Shown: positions 13,901 through 23,490 of the stretch, piece after piece | Layout: each line of letters starts with the position of its first letter | How positions within the stretch are numbered: position 1 is the stretch's first letter | DNA from: Nymphaea colorata | Lineage: Eukaryota | DNA length: 64,000 nucleotides | Direction of reading: 5' to 3' | NCBI RefSeq assembly: GCF_008831285.2 | Contig: NC_045138.2 | Span: 8,680,001 to 8,744,000, forward strand | Program-made: the position numbers and the translations under genes | The notes under the pieces: generated by a model | The model's database searches: none | The model's input: the letters and a program-made list of their open reading frames with translations, nothing else | Told to the model about the DNA's origin: nothing

Positions 13901-16262
13901 AAATTTGTGTAGACATAAAGAAGCTGCACCAGAATCATTAATTCCAACTGACAAAGTTCTTTGTTTTCCATGAGCAATTTGTCTTTTGGCACATGTATCT
14001 CTATGTCGTTTCAAGTGGCTCGTACCATTAGAACTATGTCCACCTAATCATTCTCCACAATGGTTGCATTTTGCAAACTTGTTTCCCTTATACTGTACTA
14101 ATGTGAAGTCATTCCATACAACTGAAGTTCTTTTTCTCTTGGATTCAACTTCCTTTTCAGTAGATGAAAAAGATTCATTTTCCTCTATATTTGTCAATGT
14201 CGTCGGACAGTATTCATCATTCCCAACGCTAGAAGACATAATTTACCAGTTGAATAGAATTCAAACAACCTAAACACATGAAACGATTCAACTCTTGAGC
14301 TAAAGAAAAGACATAAAACAAGATGAATATCCATCAGAGATTAAGGAATACCCACAACAGTTAAGATCACATGTGGCGAATGTACTAGGAGGGAGGACGT
14401 TGGTGTGTAAGTTATTGCAACTTATGTTTTGATAAATCCACCTACATAAGCCACAAAATTTGAAGTTTACTTTCTTTCCACCTTTTGAGTGGGTAAAATG
14501 GTATTATGCATATCACCTATTGTGAAGTAAATTATTTAAAACAATAAGCAATAGCACTACATTGAAAAGCCATGACACAAAATGCGGACCTCGTTTGTTG
14601 CTAAACGAGCCTTTTCTTTGGAGATTTCTTCAAATTTTCCTTGCAACTCAAGTACTGCAAAACAAAACATAAAAAAAAAAGAATAAGGCCTTTGTCTATT
14701 CACCAAGAGATTCACCGAGAAAAGATTAGCAATATCACCGAAAAGGGAACAATGACACTAACAATGAGAGCAAATGATAAAAAGTCTAGCAACATGAAGC
14801 AAATAACATAGGAAGTAAATGCCTACTAGAAAGAAAATTTGTTCAAACAAATTCCAGGGCCAAGAATGCTTCACGATCTGTACAGGGCATCTATGATTCT
14901 TTCTTTCTTTGGTAAGGAGGGTGTAGCTTGGCGAAGTTTTCTCTTACATTGCATATGACCACGATAACAATATGCCAAGAGACTATAGCATTTCATTTTC
15001 ATTTATAAAACTTAAGTTGTGGAAGTTAGGCTTTGCATAAAAAAGGAAAGGAAAAACGTCCTTATCATTGGTATTAACTCATACCATATGTAACAGCTGA
15101 TTTTCCAAGCCCTTAAGTTTTGCTGAGGCTTTTAGCTCACGTCAATGAAGTAATTATAAGTTTATAACCATATATTGACAAGCAAGAAAGGAGGTCAGCC
15201 ATATTCACATAAATACTAACGGCCGGCCAGCAGCTGCCAGTAAAAGTATGAATCCTTACTGAAGTTCTAACACTTACAGCAAGACCTGTGGTGATGATAA
15301 GCAGGTTCAGCAAGATGACATTCATGATAAAGAAGCAATTTCCACAAAATGGCAATAAGAAAGCTGCTTGTTCCTTTTAGTTACTGTACTTTAAGTTTAA
15401 ATTAACATGACAGACGAACTGATTTTTCAGATACTGCAAGTGGGTGTAAATGCACATGGCATGCTATTGCTACCTAAACACCGGGTATCAGAAGAAAAGC
15501 AAACGGCAGATAATGTTATGCTGAAAAACCCAAAAAAATGTAAAAGCAACATTATAAATGCATCAAAGGAGCGAGCAAGCATGATAACAAGAAGAAGCAC
15601 CAGCATAGAAGAACGAAATGTATTACCTTACAAAGTCTTCCTTCTTTTCAACAAGGCGAAGGAGGTGCTTTTCTTTATTGGAAATCTGTTTATCGCTTCC
15701 TCCCTTAAGAGCAAGAGCAGTGTTTGAATATGACTAGAAACGAGAAAAAACAAAGGAAAGAAAGAATCGCAATCGCAAGTAAGTATTTGGGGGAGGGTGA
15801 AGCACCGACTAATGTAAAAGAAGATTCGAAGAGGAGAGAAGAGAAAGGGGGAAGAAAGCTAGGCACGTTATGATGAAAGCAAGCGTGAATAGGCACAGTG
15901 AGCAGCTTACTGTTCAGTGTTCACGTTATGATGAAAGCAAGCAATGACGGTGACGGACCAGCACTGCGACGGCGACGAACGGTGGTCGGTGGATAGGCAC
16001 GGTGACTGTGAGCAGCGCAGGCAAAAGGGAAGAGAATTAGCAAATAGCAAATTGCAATTAGGGCGAGAGTTAGACTCGACCTAAGCACAACCGGGTCCCA
16101 ACGGGCCACATCTTAAAACAGGGACCCGGCCCGTTTTTAAGTCGGGCCGGGCCGGGCGCAACGGATGAAGGCCCGACTTTTGCAAATCGTGGCCCGAACC
16201 CGGGCCCGTGCCGGGCCGGGTACCGGGTACCCACCGGTGACCCGGCCCGTTGCCCAGGCCTA
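10901..16262 (-). mobile_element. hAT (Ac-like) DNA transposon, 5362 bp
   Basis: TIRs CAGGCCTGGGCAACGGGCCGGG and TAGGCCTGGGCAACGGGCCGGG (21/22 identical). Perfect 8-bp TSD CCTCCAAC at 10893-10900 and 16263-16270. CCGGG-rich subterminal arrays at both ends and an internal transposase. Confidence 0.97.
12272..14239 (-). pseudogene. hAT transposase main exon (BED finger, DDE core, dimerisation domain) with one in-frame TGA
   Basis: TSVVWNDF..KCNHCGE*LGGHSSNGTSHLKRH BED finger is interrupted by TGA at 14048-14050; the ORFs either side share a frame. Motifs LTFDMW, ITADN, RCGAH, TRWNST and ASESAFS are present. A GTAAG donor near 12271 suggests short 3' exons. Confidence 0.9.
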
Positions 16263-16267
16263 CCTCC

Positions 16268-16283
16268 AACCTCTCTAATACCA
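16268..16283 (-). promoter_or_regulatory. Primer-binding site, tRNA-iMet type (degenerate)
   Basis: TGGTATTAGAGAGGTT lies 2 nt after the 5' LTR end and resembles the plant iMet PBS TGGTATCAGAGCCAGGTT. Confidence 0.75.
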
Positions 16284-16285
16284 AT

Positions 16286-19200
16286 TGGTAGGGTCTGCCC
16301 GAATGCGGATAAGAAAGTCACCAAGGTGCCTCGAGACCCTCTCCAAGATCTAGGAGGATGTCGTCGATTTAGGGTTTAAAATTTCAATACAATGAATGGT
16401 TCCCACCGGACAGTCACCCCGGCCTAATAATAGGTCAAGATAGTATAAGAAGGGCTTCCCCAATCCCGGCTTCAGCCTACTACAATGGTCTAGAATAGGT
16501 GTGAGGCTTAATACAAAGCGTAGCGATACATCAAGCACTCATTTCACTCAACATCCACCAAAACATGCAAAACATTCTGTCATTCAATCCCTAGTCGGAA
16601 CAAACCACTTATCCCTAGGTGGTCCACAACCCGGAAATCGTGTCCATGGCAAGGTGCCTTGGAGGGATTCCAGCCGGTTGTCAATGCCGTAGGCGGTTTG
16701 GAAAGCAAATACACCCTTTCCCCGGATCTATAGGATGATCCGATGTTACCTCCCAAGGCCTCGCTTGGGGACTCCTCTTGCTCACCGAAGGTAAAGGCCA
16801 ACAACGCAAGGTTGCCCTTCGGTATTCAGCTCCCCTTCAACTCCGGGCAGCAATAGTCCTTAGATAGAATCACAATAACGAGAAGGAAATCAAGTTCTAT
16901 CTAGGAAGAAACGATAGAGAGAGAGGGAGTACTGTCACTGGATTTCCAATTAACCCCAAGAGTGAACGGAATGTCGATTGGGGGATGGTTGATTTCGCTC
17001 GACGGATGCGGTTCCTTCTCTCTCTTGGGTTCTAATCTCCCATGGGAAGAGGTTGAGCCACACGTTTCTTTGCTGGAATGAGGATTTGATAAACAAAACC
17101 AGCAAGTATCAAGTATAGAAGTGAAAGAGAAATCAACTTCTAGAAGAGGAAAGCCTTCACCCGTAAGACCAATTTCACCCCGGTCTTTTGTAATTAGAGG
17201 GGAAGCAAACGCCAGTGCACTGGCAGACGTTGAGGCAATCCTCAAGTTACACTCCTACTCCTTCGTTTCCGACCCCTACTATCTCCCACGAACTCATGGG
17301 CAAGACTCCCAAATGAACCACACGAACACAAGTAATCACGATCCAAATGATAAAAGAAATGAAAGAGGGTTCGTGGATGCACTTCACCGGATAATCGACT
17401 AACCCCTAGGAAGTGTCGTAGATAGGGGGAAACAAGTGTTGGAAGCGCCAACACAGGCGTGACTTCCTTCTTCTCCGGTGAAGTGGAGAGCTCCGGCGAT
17501 GAATGCTGGTCAGACTCCGGCGCGGTGTCTCCCTCCTTGCTCTCCACGGCTCCTCGAGTTCTCAAAGAGTGGTCGTCCTTTCCCTCACACGAGCTAGGGC
17601 TAAGAGGCCTCCCCCCAAGATTGACGTGAGGATCCCTCCTAGGATCGTGGAAGAATCTCCTCCAATCGTGCGTTGAGAATCTCCAAGGATGGCGTCAAGA
17701 TCTTGTCTTATTTCGATAATGACCAAGTGCAATGCACCTATCGGCTGGCCGATCTCCTTCCTTGATTGTTGGAGATCAAATCGGGAAGGAGGATCTTATG
17801 GGGATGACGTGAGCTACCTCTTGCCACGTGTCCTCATCTTGTGGCGCCACCTAGCACCTGCCTTATTTGAGAAGGGTCCAGATTCAACGTACCTAAGGCG
17901 CGGGAATCTCCTTTCCAAGGTTATAGGGACGGATCTAGAAGGAGATCGCCTTCCCTTTTTCCGTCGCTGATTTTGTGGGCCAGATGGATGGCGCCTTCCT
18001 TCCCGAGCTGCCACCTATCCTCCTCGTCAATCAGCTGCGGATCTCTTGCCAAAAGCGTCGCAAGAGGATAAGGAAAGGCTGGACGGCGCCCAAATGTTGC
18101 CTTTTTTATGTACTTATGCGCTTGGGTTGAGCTCGCCTCTCATGACCAAATTGCCCACGCTAAATGTGAATTAATTCAAGTAAAATCAAGATATAGCAAG
18201 GGCAGACTTGGAACTAATTACCCAATGGTCGGATCTGGATGGCAGCTTCCGGATCTGCCCGAAAAATTATCCAGAATTCAGACCTACTCTATGAAAACCG
18301 GCAAGCAGTCCTTCAACGTCTAGAACTTGCAGTCAATGATTCACCGGCCAAATGAAATCCAAATACCTTGATTTTTAGATATGTTGTAGGACTTTTAATT
18401 ATGAATCCAACGGTATATGGCTCGCTTGAAAACTCCACTGGAATCACCGGAAACAGCATCTGCAAGTGGCGGTTCTGCGGCGGACTGCGCCTGAGCGGCG
18501 GCGGCGGAAACAGTGAACTTCAGCGGCAGATTTGACCAGTGCGCCCTGGTCCGATCAGGCTGAAATTTTAGTATGTTGTACCTGAGGATGAGAACTTTTC
18601 AACAAGCTATAGATCGCCTTAAAAATCCGAGAGTCGCCTCTTCCGCGCTTCTCCTTCTTTCCCTCCATGACGGCGCTCTTTCCTTCCACAGACTTTCTCC
18701 TTCATCGCCCTAGCCTTCTCCTTTTGGTACAGAATTCGTATAGAGACTAGGGACGCCTCACCTATCTAAGATTCAACAGAATATTACCAGGATTTAGGCT
18801 GCTGGAAGAACTCGAGCCGGATGCTCCCGATCGTCCTCAAGTCATCTCCAAGGTAGGTCTTCTTCTCCACGCGATGCCGCTGGTCCAGACCTAGTTAGAC
18901 GAGAAGTTTATCCCCCGAATGCAAGGCTTGGGCCTGCGTTGATGTTGTGGTTAAGGGAGAACCGAGATTTCATCCACCAAGTACTAGGAAGATCGGAATA
19001 CTTAGCTCACGATGAGAAACTCGCCGGATGTCGATGTTGAAGAAGACGAGCCAGAACCGCGGGCGGCGCCTCCTTCAACTTCCTCTAGTGCAGTCACCTC
19101 TCAACTCCTTCGTGATCAAGGAGAAGGCACAACTGCCTATCGAAGTTCTCTTGGTTCGGAACGATGCAAATTCAAGTTGTCAATGGCTACCGGCAGCCAT

Positions 19201-19996
19201 TAACGGAGCTTGAATCTCGACTAATCTCACGGCTTGGTGAGCATTGCAATGTAGTGCTTCCATAGAAGCCACGACCTAAGGTCCAAGGGACTCCTCACAC
19301 AGAGAGAGAAAACTTCAATTTAATTAAACGATAATCAATAAGTGTCTCGGTTTTGGGCTTAAATACAAGTGTCCGAACCTGTTCCAAGTTGTGTCTCGAG
19401 ATAAGATGAAAAGTAAATCGAGTCTAATAAAGAAAACGGTATATAAGAAAATTAAATCAAGTAAAAAGTCCAGTTCTGAATTGGGCCAAAGGCCCCACCT
19501 AGCCTGGGTCTGCCCGAGCTTCGTCAACTTGATTCTCCAAGTGGGTCCGAGCCCACTGCCCTTGATCCACGCCGGATCACGCATGCTCCTCTTCAAGCCG
19601 AGCCCACCTTCTTTTAGGCCAGACGTGCCTAAGTCATCCTCTTCCAGACTAAGTGGGTCCGGGTCTTCTTCATCTAGGCTAGATACGCCTAGACCTTTCT
19701 CACCTAGACCGAGTGGGTCTAGGTCTCCTAGGTCGAACCCACCTAGGTCTTCTACGCGCAAGGCTCCCTTAGCCTTACTACGTATTTCCACGTGCTCCCG
19801 GCTTGGCTCCACCTCGTTCTTTGCCTTCGTTGAGGACTTAACCTCACAATGAAAATGTCCGCCTTCGTCTATAGAAGCCACCTCCACCTGTTTTCCGCAA
19901 AACTTAAAACAAGAAAAGTTAGCCTCCCCACCAATACGAGCGCCTTCTGTGGAGGTGCCAATGTGGGAAGTACGAGTTCTAGGAAGGCTCGTATCA
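16286..19996 (-). repeat. 5' LTR (3711 bp)
   Basis: Colinear with 2379-6192 and followed by the PBS on the minus strand. Lacks a ~60-bp segment present at about 4725-4790. Confidence 0.95.
19324..19995 (-). CDS. Putative LTR-encoded C-terminal extension of integrase (223 open codons, in the pol frame)
   Basis: Manual translation from the LTR start gives DTSLPRTRTSHIGTSTEGARIGGEANFSCFKFCGKQ, joining in frame to track ORF 19324-19887. The same DTSLPRTRTSHI follows AWGQARSKEGGV in pol ORF 6090-6746. Coding status is unproven. Confidence 0.45.
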   Translation of the reverse strand, partial: DTSLPRTRTSHIGTSTEGARIGGEANFSCFKFCGKQVEVASIDEGGHFHCEVKSSTKAKNEVEPSREHVEIRSKAKGALRVEDLGGFDLGDLDPLGLGEKGLGVSSLDEEDPDPLSLEEDDLGTSGLKEGGLGLKRSMRDPAWIKGSGLGPTWRIKLTKLGQTQARWGLWPNSELDFLLDLIFLYTVFFIRLDLLFILSRDTTWNRFGHLYLSPKPRHLLIIV

Positions 19997-20409
19997 GAGA
20001 GAGAGAGAGAGGGAGGGAGGGAAAAAATTACATACCACTGATAAGAAAGTTGGGGATGCTGGTGGATCGTTGGCCAGCGGTCTATAGCCGGATGGTGGTG
20101 CGGCCGTGCAGTGGTGAGCCGGTGAGGAGCCTAGAAGGGTGGTCGTCTGGTCGACGGAAGACTCAAAGAGGGAAGACAGGAAGAGAAAGAGCAGACGGGA
20201 AGAGAGAGAGCAGTTGGAAAGATGAAAGACCGAAGGCGAAGGGTGGCCTCAGGTCTGGTCATCTGGTCGTCGACGGAAGAGGGGAGAGAGAGACAAAGAG
20301 AGCAGACAGGAAGAGAAAGAGGCAGAGCCGCAGTAGGAAAGACGGAAGATGAGGAGTGAAGAGTGAAGGCAAAGAGAAGACCTGGGTAAATAGTTTTTAC
20401 CCTAAACTG

Positions 20410-20609
20410 GTGGACCGGTTATATAATTCGACTCGTTATATAACGAGTCGAGTTAAGTTTAAATGAGTTGAGCTCTTGAAACTCGAACTCAACTCGTTTA
20501 TGATTTGAGTTTAGCTATAAGCTCAAACTCGACTCATTTATAAATGAGTCGAGCTAGAGCTGGCTTTTTCGAGCGAGTTCGAGTTGGCTCGACTCGTTGT
20601 GCGGCCCTG
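20410..20609 (-). mobile_element. Terminus of an outer hAT-like element (probably continuing through 19997-20410 and 1-2378)
   Basis: Minus-strand end CAGGGCCGCACAACGAGTCGAGCC followed by dense CTCGA/TCGAG subterminal repeats. No partner TIR in the window. Confidence 0.55.
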
Positions 20610-21369
20610 GGCAAAGGGTTGCCTACCTATGCCGAACTACCACTAGGCCAAAGGGTCACACCCTTTAGCTGATACTTGTTTAGTTCACATGCTGCTTCAC
20701 TAAAGGTTGCAACCCTTGGCTTCTTTTATATATATTTGGGTGATTGTTCTATGCACACAGACCTAACACCAATTGTACCCATACATTTTTTTTTAGTGCT
20801 CCTGTGCTGCTGATCTCAGCTTGCCTGGTTTTTTCCTAGTTTGAATTTCCAGTGTGGCCTAAAAGTCTTTGGCACCCCCAAGCCAGTGGTTAACCTCCTA
20901 GTATGAGTTGCCTTCCTTGGTCAGGCTACACCGGCCGTTCTGGCTGGGCTGCCTGGTTCCTTCCTAGTTTGTATGTTCCAATTTTGTTGTTGTCATGCCA
21001 CTAGTCCTTGGCCATACTTGACTGACCAAACCTATCCACGTTTAGTCTTGGCCTTGCCAGACTAGGGCCAGCCCTAGCTAGCTTGGGTCTGTTCCGGCCA
21101 ATTGGCCCTTGGTCTACTTAGCACCCTCCTCACCAGTTCATGGCTGGTCCCTCTGGCTAGCCTCTGAGTGAGCCTAAATTCCTTCTCTATATCGCCGCAC
21201 AACCCATGCTGGCACTTACATGGTCTAGGGGTTTACAAGCCTCCCACACCCTTGAAGTTTGACTTCCTCATCGAGCAAAGGTAGGCCTAGACTTATTCCT
21301 CAATCTACCACAATGAGCAGTCACTTTCTCCTTTGTTTTTAGAATTTGGTAATCCCTTGTCAACTCATT

Positions 21370-23480
21370 GTGTGAGGATGAACCATCTTCAGAGTATGAT
21401 CAGCATAGGGGAGAGAAGACAGCGCCAGAGGTGACAGTTGAGCCAATAGCGGAGGCATCTTGCCATGCGTTTGCACATGAGCATACATCGAATGGCATGC
21501 GCATATCCGGTTTCATCGTACAGAGGAGGGTTATGATGTTGGTCGATTCGAGAGACATCAACAGTTTTATCAGCCACCATGTGGTGGAGTAGGTATGCAT
21601 AGGTACCATGGAGTGCCTTATGTTTGATGTCACTATTGGAGACGGTAGCAAGCTACAATTCCACTTGTTCTGTACTAATGTGGAGCTGGTCATACAAAAT
21701 ATCCCATTCAAGGTGGAGCCCGTTGTCATACCTATCAACGGCATGGGTATACCATACTTGGGGTCCACTGGTTGCATTCCTTAGAGGACATCTCCTAGAA
21801 TTTCTTTGATATGGCTATGACATTCATCGATGGGAGAGGTGATCATGTTGCTTTTACCGCCCTGAGGAGTTATGCTACTCCGAAGGAGGTCTTAAAGGTG
21901 ATTCACAACTGTGTGCCTTCTTTAAGTATACTGATCCTCACAACTGACCATGGACAGCTAGATGAGACCGAGACGGTGGTGCTCGAGACAGTTCAGTAGG
22001 TGCTTGAGCAATTCAGTGTTGTATTCGGTGAGCCCTATAGTTTGCCACTTTGATACATATATAACCATTGCATAGAGCTTATTCCTACAGCCTCCTCTGT
22101 CAGTGTTCACCCGTATAGGTATGCTCACGTGCACAAGGACGACACTGAGCAACTCATCAAGGAGATGCTAGATGCAGACTGAGTAGTAGTTCTTTGTCTT
22201 CACAAGTACTCTTGGTGAAGAAGAAGAGCTTGATATGATGATTCTACCTTGATTATAGGGCCCTTAATGACATCACAGTGAAAGATAAACACCCGATCCT
22301 GGTGATCTACGAGTTATTGGATAAGTTTCATAGTTTGCATTTTTCTCCAAACTAAACTTGTGAGCTGGCTATCATCAGACCTATATGGCCGAGAGCGGTG
22401 TCGAGAAGATTGCGTTCAGGATCCATGATGAGCAATTTGAGTTTCTGCATATGCCTTTGGCCTCTCAAATGCACCTGCTATTTTTCAGCATTGCATAAAT
22501 GATACTTTTAGGGCTCATTTGCGGTGCTTTATGTTGGTCTTATTTGACGGTATGGTTATTTATAGCCACATTGTTGAGTAGTATAGTAGGTATTTGGTGA
22601 TTGTGTTAGGCGTGTTGCAGTCCAACCAACTATTTGGCATGTATAGTGACTATAGAGGTATTCAGCAAGCTGCACACCGAATATTTGGCACATAAAGTGA
22701 CAATAGAGGATAGAGGATGGTCCAGGCTGATCTGGACAAAATGAAGGCCATTGAGGCATGAAGCACACACACTACATGGATTTTGGACTAACTGTGTCCA
22801 TACGGAGTTAAGGCATTATAACAACACCCTGACCTATGCAAGGGAAGCTTTGATTGGTCAGATCAGTCCCGATAGGCGTTTGAGGCTCTCAAGAGCACTC
22901 TTATGGCAGCACCTGTTCTAGCCATACCTAATTTTGACTAGACTTTTGTTGTTGACACCAATGCATGTGATATTAGTGTAGGAGTAATCTTGGCACAGAA
23001 CGGGCACCCGATTACTTATATAAGTCCCTTGTAAACTGAACTCGACTCTTCTTGATATACAGGAATGAAATGCATCTGCCCGCCATGGCTCTTGGTCCCC
23101 TTGCTATTGCTGAGACAACCATAGAACGATATTGAGGTGTTGCCTATATCTAAAGGCTAGAAGACCGTCCTTATTGTTGTGGTTAAGCTCATGAAGTATG
23201 TGCACTTTGCACCCCTCTTGTGGCATTACACGGTAGCGCTATCAGCCGAAGTGTTCTAGGCCTACAAAGGCAAATTATATGATGTCCTATACTTATAGTA
23301 TGTGACAGACACGCCATCTTCATGAGCCATTTCTGGAGGGAATATATGAGCCTGGTGGACAACCGTCTCAACTTTAGTACTACTACACACCACAGATTGA
23401 TGGGCAGCAGCATTGTTGATACATATTTGCGTAGTTTCGTGGGGAACCATCCTCATTATGTGTACCACTTCTTCCTTTTG
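21370..23480 (+). pseudogene. Heavily decayed Ty3/Gypsy pol fragment (PR-RT-RH-INT)
   Basis: MRISGFIVQRRVMMLVDS (protease), HPYRYAH, DYRALNDITVKDKHPI near 22252-22300, and APVLAIPNFD*TFVVDTNAC near 22907-22970. Integrase remnant to about 23480; many stops. Confidence 0.85.
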
Positions 23481-23490
23481 GCGTGACTGA

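Larger units (their letters stand above)
2379..19996 (-). mobile_element. Structurally complete Ty3/Gypsy chromovirus (Reina-like integrase end), coding region decayed, with nested hAT
   Basis: Direct repeats 2379-6192 and 16286-19996 both start TGGTAGGGTCTGCCCG and end GGCTCGTATCA. GAGAG flanks both sides (2374-2378, 19997-20001). PPT and PBS are in minus orientation; domain order is gag-PR-RT-RH-INT-chromodomain. Confidence 0.95.

Noticed and set aside
19936..19965. TGGCACC/GCGCCTTCTGTGG as the PBS of a second nested element
   Set aside because: It lies about 35 bp inside the LTR with no associated LTR or TSD, and fits better as part of the open frame.
19849..20352. 167-aa Arg-rich plus-strand ORF
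   Set aside because: It crosses the LTR boundary and arises from GA-rich low-complexity sequence.
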